A stretch of DNA of 62,414 nt from Pseudomonadota bacterium (GCA_031416315.1 JANOTL010000048.1:1-62414), one strand, 5' to 3'; shown: positions 8,990-19,486, numbered from the stretch's first letter. Made by a program: numbers and translations. Notes: generated by a model not told the origin, from the sequence alone.

Positions 8990-10654
8990 CTAAAGCGCGT
9001 CGGCCGGAGCGCCCGGCGTGCAGGCGCGAAGATTCACTCTGGCCGCCGCGTTGGGATACGGCTCGAAGGCGCCGGCGAAGAACGGGGTGCGCGCCTCGAA
9101 GGGCGCATTGTAGGAGTGATCCGACAGCTCGGCAATCTGTCCCGTCTCGTAGGCGCTCCAGTTCGTGCACCAGACTCCGTCGGCCTCAGAGACGGCGAGC
9201 GCGAGCGCGCTCGGCTTCTCGCCTTCCGCCGTATCGAGCGAGAAATACGCCTTTTCCTGCGCAGCCGTCATGCCGAGGAGCTTGGTGACTCCGGTGATGT
9301 ACGTGGACTCGTCGCCCCGGCGCGTGACGTAGACTACGTTCTGGCAGCCCAGGTTCTTCAGGACCAGGGTCGGAAACAGGTCCGGCCAGCCGCCCGAGGA
9401 GACGCGCGTCGGCGACATCTCCTGAAAGCGCGTCAACCCCGGCTCGGCCGGCGAGTACGACAGGGCCTCGACCCAGGCCCTTTCCCCTAGGGACAAGAGC
9501 TTCGCGGTCTTGATGTCTTCATACTGGCGCTCGTTCTTCGCGACCCGCTCCAGGTCCTTCGTCTGGCCCCAGTAGCCGATCTTGACGAGGTCGAAGTCCA
9601 TGCTCCATGCGATCGGCTTGGCGTCGAGGTAGAGGTCGCGCGCCTTTTTGAAGCGCGCGGCCGCGTCCGCGCCTTCGAGGAGCGAGGTCATGATCAGCGA
9701 CGGCAGGTACTTGCCGACGGGGTCGTCGACGCGCGATTTCACCGTCGTCTCGGTCGCGATGAGCTTCTTACGGTACGTCTTCAGCAGCGCGCCGAAGGAC
9801 TCGCCGCAGCTCTTGCCGCCAGGGCCTTCGAGCGCCGCCGTTTCAGTCCAGGTCTTGCCGCGGCTCGGCGCCGCGCAGGCGCCGAAGAAGGCCTGCATCC
9901 CGGACGTGTCGTAGGGACCGTAGCCAGCGTAAAAGTTCGCGATCCGCCCCATTTTCCGCGCCAACGCCTTGAAGTCGATGATTCCCGGACGGATGAAGAT
10001 CTTCGGGTCCTCGGCTTTCCAATTGCCGAGCGAGCTCAGATAGTCCCAGACGTCGCGCGTGTGATAGTCGGGATTCGGCGAGGTCTGGAGGAGCGTGATC
10101 ACTTCTTTGTTGATGATGTCGCGTAGGTCCTGCGACTGAAAAAGCTTGATGAGAGCGTCGCGCGCCTTGGCTACGTCGCTCGCCATGAGCTTGTCGATGC
10201 CCGCGGCCTTAGCCTTCGCGAGGATCGGCGCGAGCTGCTGAAACGCCACGGCTTCGTCCGTTTGCGCCAAGGCTTCGACGTAGCCCTGCATCGACTTCAA
10301 GAGCAACGCGACGCGCGCGACGCTCTCGCCCTCGCTGCAGGCGGCGCCGTTGCCGCAGTCCTTCAGCAGCGGGTTGGCGAACATGCTCTCGTAGAAAAAG
10401 ACGGTGATCGAGCCCGAGCTGCCGCCGGCCATGCCGTCGACGAGACCGTAATGCTCGACGATGCGCGCGAGCGCGCCGAAGTGTGACATGATCAAGTTGC
10501 CATTGCCGCGGTGCGCGGTGCACAAGCGGGGACCGGCCGCGAGCGGCGCGGTGACGACCTCTTCCTTCAGCCCCGAGGCGCCGTCCCCGGCCTTGCAGCC
10601 TGAGAGCGCGAGGCATACGGCGAACATCAGTCCGGACGGGCGCGAGCTCGGCAT
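8990..10654 (-). CDS. lipoprotein with divergent patatin-like (GxSxG) hydrolase domain
   Basis: Lipobox LSGC; RGNG...SHFGAL...AGGSSGS aligns to patatin GGG...H.GVL...GTSAG; SGGWPDLFP at the DGG position. Confidence 0.6.
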   Translation of the reverse strand: MPSSRPSGLMFAVCLALSGCKAGDGASGLKEEVVTAPLAAGPRLCTAHRGNGNLIMSHFGALARIVEHYGLVDGMAGGSSGSITVFFYESMFANPLLKDCGNGAACSEGESVARVALLLKSMQGYVEALAQTDEAVAFQQLAPILAKAKAAGIDKLMASDVAKARDALIKLFQSQDLRDIINKEVITLLQTSPNPDYHTRDVWDYLSSLGNWKAEDPKIFIRPGIIDFKALARKMGRIANFYAGYGPYDTSGMQAFFGACAAPSRGKTWTETAALEGPGGKSCGESFGALLKTYRKKLIATETTVKSRVDDPVGKYLPSLIMTSLLEGADAAARFKKARDLYLDAKPIAWSMDFDLVKIGYWGQTKDLERVAKNERQYEDIKTAKLLSLGERAWVEALSYSPAEPGLTRFQEMSPTRVSSGGWPDLFPTLVLKNLGCQNVVYVTRRGDESTYITGVTKLLGMTAAQEKAYFSLDTAEGEKPSALALAVSEADGVWCTNWSAYETGQIAELSDHSYNAPFEARTPFFAGAFEPYPNAAARVNLRACTPGAPADAL

Positions 10655-10711
10655 CGTAAAGACCTCTTTGCAGGGATTCTAGCCGAGCTTACCGCGCCCC
10701 CGCATGCCTGG

Positions 10712-12475
10712 CTATTGGAAGCTTTCCTCCCATTTTGCCAGCTTTTCCTGCAGAACTTGCCACTTCGGGCCGGGGGGCATAGGCCTCGCCATGCCGGGCG
10801 CGACCGCGAGATGGTGCGCCTCGATCTCGCGCTCGACGTTGAAGGCGCGGAAGCAGCCGCCGTGGTGCTCATGGCGCAGATCGCCGATGTCGACGTAGAC
10901 GGGTTTGCCTTCGGGGTCGCGCCAGCCGTTGGCACGCAGGGCGACGCAAGCGGCGTAGCCGGGACTTTCGGCGAAGATCGCGAGCTGCGCCTCGACCGCG
11001 AAGGTCGGCGCCAAGCCCATGCGCGTCAGCCATTCGGCCGAGAGCTCGTCGGCCTCTTGCTCGTAGGTGAATTGGCTCAGGTGCTTGGCCGTCGCCTCGA
11101 AGGCGAGGGCGTCGCGCTCCGCCATCGGCGCGTCGAGCGCCGCCGCGAACTGCGGATTCAAGGCCTCCCAAAGGAGCTTGAGGTTCGCGACGGGCTCGAT
11201 CTTCAGCGCGGCGGTCACCCGGGGTGATGTGGCATTCATGCTGCTGCGCAGGGTCTGGAGCTTGAGCTTGCCGGCGCCGTCGCCGATCGCGACGCTTTCC
11301 AGGCAGGAATCGACTTTGGCCTCGTACGCTTCGTAGTCGAGGACGGCCTCGGGCTTCAGCGGCTTCTCCGGGAAGCCCGCGAGTCGCTGGCGGCGCGCGG
11401 GCTCCCAGAACCAGCTCGAGAAGACGCCGCAAGGCTTCGTGCAAGCGGTCGCCGCGGCGCTGCCGCACTGCGTCGCCGCGAGCGTTTTCGCGAGGGTTTG
11501 GGTGTAGGAGTAAAGTGCCGTGTGATAGCGCTGGCCCGGGACCTTGACGAGGCGCGGCATTCCGTTCGTCGCATTCATCGCCTTCAGGACGGCGGCGCCG
11601 AGCGTCGCGGCCTCGGGATCGTTCTTCGGCTTGGCGTCGGGGTTGGTCGCGCCGAGCCAGTAGAATTGGCCGTAGCCCGAGCGCGGCGCGTTCGCGTGGC
11701 TCATGTAGTAGTGCGCGAGCTCGTGCGCCGCGATGCCGACGAATTGTTCCTCGGTGAGCGCGCGCATGAGGCCCGAGTAGAAAACGATCCAGCTCACGGA
11801 TTGCACGACGTTCAGACTTTCGATCGCCTGCGTCGCCTTCAGCCAGTCGTACTCCTCGCTAAAAAAGGCGCGGCACGCGGCGCCAAACTGGACCTCATTG
11901 CCGTCGAGCGTATACGTGCACGCCGGATAGGGCTTGAAGGTCCAGTCGAGAAGCGCCTTTTGCTCGTCCGCGCCGAGCGTCGCGGTGATGCAAGGCGGCG
12001 AACGCTCGATGATCGGCCCGCGAAACTGGCCGAGGCCGCGGTCGAAGACGACGGCGGGCGCCGTCTCGATGCCCTCGGCGCCGTCGAAACGCGCCTTGAG
12101 AGAGAGGCAGACGTCGGAGTATCCCGAATGCGCGTTGCGTTCGGCGACGGGCATGAGCGCGGCGATCGGCTTGGGCGCGTTCGCCAGGCCCTCCGGGTCG
12201 ATGGCGCGCGCGACCTTGTCGATCTGGTCGAGCCAAAATTGGACGCGCGCCCGCGCCGGATCTTCCGGCTTCGCCAGCGCCGTGAGCGGCAGGCCCGCGG
12301 CATTGAGGTCGTCGCCGCCGACGGTGGCGAGATACGCCTCGGTGTCGATCGTGATCCATTGGTGGGGCGAGACGTCGTTGTGGGCGCGGCCGAGGTCGTG
12401 CTTCAAGGCCGCGACGTCGCCGCGCGGGCGGCAACCGAAGGCCGTCGCCGCGATCAAGAGCAGGGCGACTCTCAA
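10712..12475 (-). CDS. M48 family Zn metallopeptidase lipoprotein
   Basis: TTG start overlapping the upstream stop (TTGA); lipobox AFGC; FYSGLM...AAHELAH and YEQEADE; large Cys-containing insertions. Confidence 0.8.
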   Translation of the reverse strand: MRVALLLIAATAFGCRPRGDVAALKHDLGRAHNDVSPHQWITIDTEAYLATVGGDDLNAAGLPLTALAKPEDPARARVQFWLDQIDKVARAIDPEGLANAPKPIAALMPVAERNAHSGYSDVCLSLKARFDGAEGIETAPAVVFDRGLGQFRGPIIERSPPCITATLGADEQKALLDWTFKPYPACTYTLDGNEVQFGAACRAFFSEEYDWLKATQAIESLNVVQSVSWIVFYSGLMRALTEEQFVGIAAHELAHYYMSHANAPRSGYGQFYWLGATNPDAKPKNDPEAATLGAAVLKAMNATNGMPRLVKVPGQRYHTALYSYTQTLAKTLAATQCGSAAATACTKPCGVFSSWFWEPARRQRLAGFPEKPLKPEAVLDYEAYEAKVDSCLESVAIGDGAGKLKLQTLRSSMNATSPRVTAALKIEPVANLKLLWEALNPQFAAALDAPMAERDALAFEATAKHLSQFTYEQEADELSAEWLTRMGLAPTFAVEAQLAIFAESPGYAACVALRANGWRDPEGKPVYVDIGDLRHEHHGGCFRAFNVEREIEAHHLAVAPGMARPMPPGPKWQVLQEKLAKWEESFQ

Positions 12476-12813
12476 AGGGCCCCCTTGTCCCGCAACGCAT
12501 TCTGCATCTGCACGCCGTGGACCAAAGTGATCCCAGCCTGCATGGCGGCGGCGACATGGATCGCTTCGGTCATTTGCTCGGGGTTCGAGCCGGTCTCGAG
12601 ACAGGTCGTCGTGTACGCGTCGATGCAGTAGGGACACTTCAGCGCGTGCGACACCGCGAGCGCGATCAACGCTTTTTCCCGCTTCGAGAGGGCGCCGTCG
12701 GTGCCGGTCACCGCGCCGTAATAGGCGAAGAATTTCTCCATCGCCGGGCCCGCGAACTTCCCGACCTCGCCGAATTTCGGCAGATCCGCCTTGTCGTAGT
12801 ACGTGTCCGACAT
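12472..12813 (-). CDS. arsenosugar biosynthesis-associated peroxidase-like protein (CMD/AhpD family)
   Basis: MSDTYY...KFG...KFFAYY...GALSKREKALIALAVSH..KCPYCIDAY...LVHGVQM; directly downstream of ArsS. Confidence 0.9.
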   Translation of the reverse strand: MSDTYYDKADLPKFGEVGKFAGPAMEKFFAYYGAVTGTDGALSKREKALIALAVSHALKCPYCIDAYTTTCLETGSNPEQMTEAIHVAAAMQAGITLVHGVQMQNALRDKGAL

Positions 12814-12824
12814 CGTTCTTCTCC

Positions 12825-13793
12825 CTAAGCGCTGGTGTTGCCGCCGCAGCTCGAGCCCGCGCCGGCTGTGCAGCCGAAGCAGTGGTCGGCCGTGCGGATC
12901 TGACGGTCGAGCATGAGGTCCGGGGTGAAGTCGAAGATCGTCAGCGCGCCGATCTGGAGGCCGAGCATTTGATTGAAGTCGCAGTCGAAGAGCTTGCCGT
13001 CGTAGGCGACGCTGACGAGCGAGCGGCACATGACGCCCGCCGCCGCGGCCGGATTGAACGCGGCGTGCAGCTTTTCCATGTACGCCTCATAGCCCTTTGA
13101 TTTCACCAGTTGCGCCTTGAAGCGGTGGATCGGCATGTTCGTCAGCGCGAAGAGGCCGTTGAACGTGACGCCGAACTTCTGCTGCAGCTCGCGCTTGTAG
13201 TCGGCTTCGAGCGAGGCCTGCGACGCGGGCAGGAAGGCACCGACCGGATTGTAGACGAGGTTCAGCGCGAGCCCCGTCCCCTCGACGCCGAAGCCGCGCG
13301 CGTTCAGGAGCTCGAGGCTCGCGATGCTCTTCTTGAAGACGCCGGAGCCGCGCTGCTTGTCGGTGAAGAATTCTTGATAGTAGGGGAGGGACGAGACGAC
13401 CTCGACCTTCTGCTCGCGGAAGAAGTCGGGCAGGTAGGCAAGGCTCGCCTTCGTTTGCGGGTGCGGATCGTGCGTCACGGTCAGGTTGTGCCGCACGATC
13501 ACGTGCTTGCCGAGCGTCCGGGCCCGGGTCACCAAGTCCTTGAATCGGGGATGCAGCTCCGGCGCGCCGCCGGTGATGTCGACGGTTTTGATCTCGGCGT
13601 GGCGCTCGAGCAAGGCCAGGCACTGGTCCAGGACCGCGTCGGACATGGACTCGCGGCGCCGGGGGCCGGCGTCGACGTGGCAGTGGACGCAAGCCTGGTT
13701 GCAGAGCTTGGTGACGTTGAGCTGGAGGGTCTCGATGCCGAGGGGGCGGAGGTCCACGGCATGCTTCGCGACGGTGTCTTCGAACGTATTCAT
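12825..13793 (-). CDS. arsS: arsenosugar biosynthesis radical SAM protein ArsS (Cys form; DUF3641 C-terminus)
   Basis: LQLNV.KLCNQACVHCHVDAGP, DITGGAPEL, VYNPVGAFLP, MCRSLVSV.YDG.LFDCDFNQML, HCFGCTAGAGSSCGG. Confidence 0.92.
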   Translation of the reverse strand: MNTFEDTVAKHAVDLRPLGIETLQLNVTKLCNQACVHCHVDAGPRRRESMSDAVLDQCLALLERHAEIKTVDITGGAPELHPRFKDLVTRARTLGKHVIVRHNLTVTHDPHPQTKASLAYLPDFFREQKVEVVSSLPYYQEFFTDKQRGSGVFKKSIASLELLNARGFGVEGTGLALNLVYNPVGAFLPASQASLEADYKRELQQKFGVTFNGLFALTNMPIHRFKAQLVKSKGYEAYMEKLHAAFNPAAAAGVMCRSLVSVAYDGKLFDCDFNQMLGLQIGALTIFDFTPDLMLDRQIRTADHCFGCTAGAGSSCGGNTSA

Positions 13794-13923
13794 GGGGGAA
13801 ATCGTAGGTCTGGCAGGGGGGCCTCCGCAACGACCGAAAAAAGGGCGAGCTTTTCGGGGCTCATCTGAGATAAAAGGGCGTCTTCAAAGGACCTTGGGGG
13901 AAATCCCCTTTATGGAGTGAGTC

Positions 13924-14265
13924 ATGAAGGCCAGCCGCGGAACCGTCTTCGAAGCCCAACTCAAGACGGCGACCGAAATGTTCGAGCGCCGCAAGAAGGC
14001 GCTCACGGACAAGAAGCTCGACAAGAAGACCCAGAAAAAAGATCCGCAGTTCCGCGCCCTGTTCGCCAAAGTGCAGCAGTTCAAGACGCGCATCGCGGCC
14101 CTGAAGAAGCTGGACGACCGCGAGATCGATCTCGCCAAGCGCCGCGAAGAGCGCGCCCTGAAGGCCAAAGAGCCGAAGGTGAAGCGGAAGAAGCCCGTCG
14201 AAGCCGCGCCCAAGAAGAAGGCCGAGAAAAAGGCCAAAAAAGAAGGCGGAGCGGCCAAGGCCTGA
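13924..14265 (+). CDS. small Lys-rich basic coiled-coil protein
   Basis: RBS GGAG upstream, typical codon usage, very K/A-rich C-terminus (KKKAEKKAKK). Confidence 0.75.
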   Translation: MKASRGTVFEAQLKTATEMFERRKKALTDKKLDKKTQKKDPQFRALFAKVQQFKTRIAALKKLDDREIDLAKRREERALKAKEPKVKRKKPVEAAPKKKAEKKAKKEGGAAKA

Positions 14266-14289
14266 TCCGCTTTCCGGAGCCGCGTCCTA

Positions 14290-14312
14290 CGCCCTAAATC
14301 AGGGTTAGGGCG
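14290..14312. terminator. hairpin between convergent genes (possible bidirectional terminator)
   Basis: CGCCCTAA-N7-TTAGGGCG, 8-bp stem. Confidence 0.5.
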
Positions 14313-14318
14313 CGTTTC

Positions 14319-14537
14319 TCATTTCCCGCAACACTTTTTGAACTTGCCGCCGCTGCCGCATGGGCACGGATCGTTGCGTCCAACCTTCGGCTGCGCGCGC
14401 ACGAACGGCGACTGCGCGTTGTGCTCGTGCGCATGACCGTGGCCGTGACTGCAGTTCGGCCCGTGCACGTGGCCGCCCTCTTCGTGCGCGTGCTCGTGCT
14501 CTGTCTCTTTCGCCGGATCCGACTTCTGCTCGCTCAT
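14319..14537 (-). CDS. His-rich SEC-C metal-binding motif protein
   Basis: [22 protein letters not shown] followed by [25 protein letters not shown]-coupled to aroC. Confidence 0.9.
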   Translation of the reverse strand: MSEQKSDPAKETEHEHAHEEGGHVHGPNCSHGHGHAHEHNAQSPFVRAQPKVGRNDPCPCGSGGKFKKCCGK

Positions 14538-15670
14538 GTTCTCGCCCCGTCCTGACTGGCCGAAGGCGCCTCCTGCCCCCGGGAGTGCCGGATCGGAAGC
14601 TGCCTGAGCCAGTGGTCCATGATCACCAAAATCGCCATGGCTTCTACCATGGGAACCGCGCGCGGCAAAACGCAGGGGTCGTGGCGTCCGGCCTTTGGTT
14701 TCAGGCTAGTAATTTTTCCAGTCGAATCGACGGTTTGCTGCTCCTTGAACAGGGTCGACACCGGCTTGAAACCGACCCGCAGATAGATCGGCTCGCCGTT
14801 GGAGATGCCGCCCTGAACGCCGCCGGAGCGGTTGGTGACCGTGCGTACCTGTCCGCCGACGTTGGTGAAAGCGTCGTTGTGCTCGGAGCCGAAGAGCTCG
14901 GTCGCGGCGAAGCCCATGCCGATCTCGAAGCCCTTGCTCGCGGGAAGGCTCATCATCGCTTTCGCGAGGTCGGCCTCGAGCTTATCGAAGACGGGGTCGC
15001 CGAGTCCGGGCGGAACGCCCTGAATCATGCAGAAGATCGTGCCGCCGACCGTGTCGCCCGCCGCCTGCGCCGCCACGATGACCGCTTCCATCGCGTCGCG
15101 GTTTTGCGCGTCGGGACAACGCAAGGGATGCTTCTCGACGTCGTCGCGCGTCACGGCCTCGGGCTGAGCGATGAGGGCGGCCTGATCTTTCACGCGATCG
15201 ACCCAGCCGACGCACCGGAAGCCGGGGAGCTGCGCCGCGAGCACCTGCTCCGCGATCGCCGCCGCCGCGACCCGCCCGATCGTCTCGCGCGCGCTGGCGC
15301 GGCCGCCGCCGGAGCCGGAGCGCACGCCGTATTTCGCCAACGTCGTGAAATCGGCGTGCGATGGCCGGAACACGTCCTTCATGTCGGCGTAGTCGGTCGG
15401 CATCTTGTCTTCGTTGCGCACGAAGAGCGCGATCGGCGTCCCGAGCGAGACGCCGCCCTCGAGGCCCGAAAGGCACTCGACCTGGTCCTTCTCGCCGCGC
15501 GGGGAGGTGAGGCGGCTCTGGCCCGGCCGCCGACGCTCGAGCCACGCCTGGACGCCTCCGAGGTCGAGCTTGATCCCGGGCGGGCAGCCGTCGATGACGA
15601 CGCCGACACCGCCGCCATGTGACTCGCCGAAGGTCGTGACGCGGTAGAGGTGGCCGAAGGTGTTGGGCAT
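14534..15670 (-). CDS. aroC: chorismate synthase
   Basis: [59 protein letters not shown]. Start reassigned to ATG 15670. Confidence 0.97.
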   Translation of the reverse strand: MPNTFGHLYRVTTFGESHGGGVGVVIDGCPPGIKLDLGGVQAWLERRRPGQSRLTSPRGEKDQVECLSGLEGGVSLGTPIALFVRNEDKMPTDYADMKDVFRPSHADFTTLAKYGVRSGSGGGRASARETIGRVAAAAIAEQVLAAQLPGFRCVGWVDRVKDQAALIAQPEAVTRDDVEKHPLRCPDAQNRDAMEAVIVAAQAAGDTVGGTIFCMIQGVPPGLGDPVFDKLEADLAKAMMSLPASKGFEIGMGFAATELFGSEHNDAFTNVGGQVRTVTNRSGGVQGGISNGEPIYLRVGFKPVSTLFKEQQTVDSTGKITSLKPKAGRHDPCVLPRAVPMVEAMAILVIMDHWLRQLPIRHSRGQEAPSASQDGART

Positions 15671-15687
15671 AGGCGATCCCCCAAAAA

Positions 15688-18600
15688 CTAGAAGAGGGCG
15701 TCGAAGCCGCTCGTCAGATAGGTCTCGAAGACGTTGCCGACCACCTGGCCGATGCCGGCGCCAAGATTGAAGCGCACGCCCTTGTTCTCCAGCTGGAAGT
15801 CCAGGTTGTAGCCGTGCGCTCGCACCAGCTTGTCCCAGCCTACGCGCGGCTCTTTCCCCGCCCAAGCGGCGCCGTAGTTGTAGAAGGCGGTAAAATCGAG
15901 GCGCTCCGCGTAGAGAATCCACAAGATCTTGTCGATGTCGGAGAAGATCGGGAAGGTGAAGTTCGCCTTCGCGCGCGCCTGATTGTTGCCGTAGATCGGC
16001 GAGAAGAGGGAGAGCCCCTTCTCCGGATCGGGATCGGTGATCGGAAAGTTGTTCTGATTGTAGCCGCCGCCTGAGCCAGGAATGAAGGTCTTGAGCGGCG
16101 TGTACATCTCCCGCAGCTCGCGCATCTTCTTGCCGCGCGTGCGCGAGCCTTCGAGACCTAACGTGAGGCGCGACGCGAGGAACGGGAGGCCACGCGACAG
16201 GCTCGTCGAAAGGCCGAGCTGGTTGTAGTCGAAATTCTCGTTCGCCGCCGCCGGCGCGACGCGGCCCGAGATGCGGTTGGACCAGCCGAAGTCGCCGAGC
16301 GCGTGGAAGAGGCCGATCGAGCCGGCCGGCTCGACGAGCTTGCCGACGCGGCCGCCGCGCGGGCTGATGTAAGGCTTGAGCTCGGCGTACTTCACGCCGG
16401 CGCCGAGGTTGAGGCTGCCGCCTAGCGCCTTGAAATCCGTGTCGGACTCGAGGCGGACGCCGCGCTCATCCAGGTACCAGCTCGAGGTCTCGCGGGTCGC
16501 GAAGTCGACATAGAAGCGGCCGTTGTAGGTTTGCTGGCGGTATAGGGACAGGTTCAGGATCGGTCGAAAACGCGTCGACGTCAGTCCGATCTCGGTCGCG
16601 GGGAAGCGGCTCGCCATGCCGTAAAGGGCCGTTACGCGCACGGTCTCGTTCTGCAGGTGGTCCATGAGCGGCACCGTGACGACGCCGACCTGCGTGCCGA
16701 GCGCATCGTCGGCGCCGATCCACGGGAAGAGGAAGAGAGGCCGCGGGCGCCAGCGCGCGGGCTTCGAGGCGGCGTCGACCTTCACGCCGTCCGGAAGGTC
16801 CTGGTCGAGCGGCGGCTCCCTGACCAGCTCTTCGAGCGCGAAGTCCCGACCGATCGACGCGGCCTGGGGCTCCTCGGCGGTCTTGCGCGTCGGCGTCGGG
16901 CGGCCGAAGGTGCCGTCGACGCGCGTCCAGAGGTCGGCGCCGGCAAGCGCCGTCTTCAGGTCGACGTCGCCGTCCATCTGCAGCGCGTATTGCAGGGGCG
17001 AGGTCGGCGAAAGCTCCGGACGGCAGGGCCGCTCTTTGTACTTCTTGCGGTCCAGCTTCAAGAGGAAGCTCTCGTCGCCGCCGTAGAGCGCGATGGCGAG
17101 CGAGCCGTCAGCCAAGCCTTGGACGTCGAGCAGGTGATCCTTGAAGGCGTACATCGCCTGGCACCTGCCGTCGTCGCCGTAGCGGCGCAAGGTCCGCGTG
17201 TTGCGCTCGGCCACGAGGATCCAGGTCTCGTCGCCCGCGAAGGCGACGCTCATCGGCCTGACGTCCATCGGCGGCAGCGTGCGCTTCACTTCCAAGGTGT
17301 CGCCGTCGACGACCTTGACGGTGTAGACGGTGCCTTTGAGCTTCTCTTCGGCCTCCGAGAGCCAGATCTCCTTCGCCGTCGTCGCGCCCGGCGCGGTGGT
17401 GCGGACGCCGAGGGAGCGCAGCTTTTTCGGCACGTCGACCTCGATGGGGCAGCTCGCTGCCACGCCGGCGGAGCCGGGCTTTCCGGTGGCGCATAGGCGC
17501 GTCTTGGCGAAGACCTGCTCCATCCACACGATGCGGTCCTTCGTCTCCCACATGTTGAAGATCGTGCCTTGGCGTCTCTGAGTGATCGTGCCGCCGGAGT
17601 CTTTGCCCTTTGCGACGGCGCGCAGCTCGCTCCAGTCTTCGTCCATCTCCTTCTCGTACTTCACGCCGGCGCGGAGCCCGGGGCGTAGGATGCGCGCGAA
17701 GCTGTCGTATTCCTCGAGCGCGGCGATGATCTTCTTCGTCTCGGTCGCCCAGCCCGTCTTCGGGTCGAAGACGAGCTCGGTCTCGAAGAGCTCGTCGTCG
17801 TATCGCGTCACGTGCCGGATGCGCTTGCCGTCCGAGCGCATGCCGTAGATCGTGGAGAACGAGCGCCGCGGCGTCCTGGCCTTCACCTTCACGAGCAAGG
17901 GGTCGGTGGAGGAGCTCTTCCAAAAGGCGGTGGCGTCCTTCTTGTAGCGCTCGTATAGGGTCTCGGCGTCGACGTTGGCGTAGTCTTTCAACGCCATGTC
18001 CATCGGCAGCTTCCCGACGACCGGCACGAGGCCGTACGGCCACCACCACGGCATGGTGTACCAGTAGAAGCCGTCGAGCATCTGCGGCAGCTTGTTGGCG
18101 TCGCCGAGCTTCATCGCGTAATTGACGATCGCGCCGGCCGTCGAATAGCCGCGTTCGAAGAAGCCGTATTTTGCGTAGAGGCTGTGCAGGCGGTCGTACG
18201 TCGGCCAGTCGTTCATTAGCGCTTGGTAGCGCTCGATCCCGGCCTGCGTGTCGGAGCCGACGGAGACCGAGGTGAGCTCGGCCAAGCCCTCGAGGAACCA
18301 GGCCGGCATCCACGGCAAATGCACGATGTTGCCGGCGGGTCCGAGGAAGTTGTCGAGCTGGCGGTAGGTCATTTGGTGCGTGTACTCGTGCCACGCCAGC
18401 TCTTTCGAGCCTTGCCCCGCGGTCTGCAGCTCGATCGCGTCGGTGATGAAGTTGGCGAAGGAGGCGTTCTCCGTCGCGGCCGAGCTGACGACGACGAGCG
18501 GCGACGAGCGCTTCACTTTGAACCAGCGCTCCATGAGCGGGCGCGCGCCTTCGAGCGCGTTCATCGTCATCTTGCCTTCGGTCGGCACGCGGCGGTCGTG

Positions 18601-18741
18601 GTAAACGTAGAAGTTCGGCGACTTCAGCTCGTCGTATTCGCGGTCTCTTTGGTTCACCCCGAAGCCGATCGGGAGCGCGCCGGCCTCCGTGGCGAGCGCG
18701 GCGGCGAGCATGAGGAGAAGGGCCTTACCGGAATCGCGCAC
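15688..18741 (-). CDS. secreted gluzincin (MA-clan) peptidase domain + probable beta-propeller + Omp85/BamA-like outer-membrane barrel
   Basis: Signal peptide; HEYTH...[10 protein letters not shown]; central beta-rich region; C-terminal amphipathic strands with [11 protein letters not shown] and a terminal Phe. Confidence 0.65.
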   Translation of the reverse strand: MRDSGKALLLMLAAALATEAGALPIGFGVNQRDREYDELKSPNFYVYHDRRVPTEGKMTMNALEGARPLMERWFKVKRSSPLVVVSSAATENASFANFITDAIELQTAGQGSKELAWHEYTHQMTYRQLDNFLGPAGNIVHLPWMPAWFLEGLAELTSVSVGSDTQAGIERYQALMNDWPTYDRLHSLYAKYGFFERGYSTAGAIVNYAMKLGDANKLPQMLDGFYWYTMPWWWPYGLVPVVGKLPMDMALKDYANVDAETLYERYKKDATAFWKSSSTDPLLVKVKARTPRRSFSTIYGMRSDGKRIRHVTRYDDELFETELVFDPKTGWATETKKIIAALEEYDSFARILRPGLRAGVKYEKEMDEDWSELRAVAKGKDSGGTITQRRQGTIFNMWETKDRIVWMEQVFAKTRLCATGKPGSAGVAASCPIEVDVPKKLRSLGVRTTAPGATTAKEIWLSEAEEKLKGTVYTVKVVDGDTLEVKRTLPPMDVRPMSVAFAGDETWILVAERNTRTLRRYGDDGRCQAMYAFKDHLLDVQGLADGSLAIALYGGDESFLLKLDRKKYKERPCRPELSPTSPLQYALQMDGDVDLKTALAGADLWTRVDGTFGRPTPTRKTAEEPQAASIGRDFALEELVREPPLDQDLPDGVKVDAASKPARWRPRPLFLFPWIGADDALGTQVGVVTVPLMDHLQNETVRVTALYGMASRFPATEIGLTSTRFRPILNLSLYRQQTYNGRFYVDFATRETSSWYLDERGVRLESDTDFKALGGSLNLGAGVKYAELKPYISPRGGRVGKLVEPAGSIGLFHALGDFGWSNRISGRVAPAAANENFDYNQLGLSTSLSRGLPFLASRLTLGLEGSRTRGKKMRELREMYTPLKTFIPGSGGGYNQNNFPITDPDPEKGLSLFSPIYGNNQARAKANFTFPIFSDIDKILWILYAERLDFTAFYNYGAAWAGKEPRVGWDKLVRAHGYNLDFQLENKGVRFNLGAGIGQVVGNVFETYLTSGFDALF

Positions 18742-19486
18742 GAGCTTCCTCCAGGTCTTCGGGAGTGTCGATGCCGCGCGCCGCGCTCTGGGCCGGGACG
18801 GCCAGGATCTTCCAGCCGGCTTCGAGCGCGCGCAGTTGCTCGAGCTTCTCCGTCAGCTCCAAGGGCGATGGCGCCAGCGCGACGAAGTCCCGGAGCCGCT
18901 CGCGCCGGAACGCATAGACGCCGAGATGCTGCCAGAACGCCTGCGGCAGATGCGCCCGGTCCGCGGCGTCCCGGTCATAAGGAAGCGGGGCGCGCGAGAA
19001 GTAGAGGGCGTGCCCGCCACGTGACACGACGCATTTGACCGTATTCGGGTCGCGCGCTAACGCCGGATCGGTGGCGGCGTACACCAGGGTGCCCATGTCG
19101 GCTTCGGCGTCAGCTGCCATGGCTTGGGCGAGCCGCCTGAGGTCTTCCACCGGCGCAAAGGGCTCGTCGCCCTGCACGTTCATCACGAAAGGTCTAGGCG
19201 GCCCGGCTTCGGCCTCGGCGGCCTCCCAGCAGCGGTCCGTGCCGCTCGGGTGGTCCTCGCGCGTCAGCCGCGCCTCGACGCCATACGCGGCGCAGGCCTC
19301 GCGGACCTTCTCGGCGTCGGTGGCGACGACGAGACGGGCTCCGGCCGCCGCAAGCGGCGCCAGGTTCTGGGCGACCCGCACCACGAGCGGCCGGCCCCCG
19401 AGATCCGCCAACGGTTTGCGTGGCAGTCGCTTCGCCCCGAGTCGGGCGGGCACGACGATGAGCCACGCGGCGAGACCTTGGGACAT
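18725..19486 (-). CDS. kdsB: 3-deoxy-manno-octulosonate cytidylyltransferase
   Basis: IVVPARLG..RLPRKPL, HPSGTDR, NVQGDEP, ALYFSRAPLP, QHLGVYAFR, EKLEQLRALE, GIDTPEDL. Confidence 0.96.
   Translation of the reverse strand: MSQGLAAWLIVVPARLGAKRLPRKPLADLGGRPLVVRVAQNLAPLAAAGARLVVATDAEKVREACAAYGVEARLTREDHPSGTDRCWEAAEAEAGPPRPFVMNVQGDEPFAPVEDLRRLAQAMAADAEADMGTLVYAATDPALARDPNTVKCVVSRGGHALYFSRAPLPYDRDAADRAHLPQAFWQHLGVYAFRRERLRDFVALAPSPLELTEKLEQLRALEAGWKILAVPAQSAARGIDTPEDLEEARARFR

Noticed and set aside
12825..12860. Selenocysteine in the ArsS C-terminal SS(U/C)GG motif
   Set aside because: The codon is TGC (Cys) and the ORF reads through normally.
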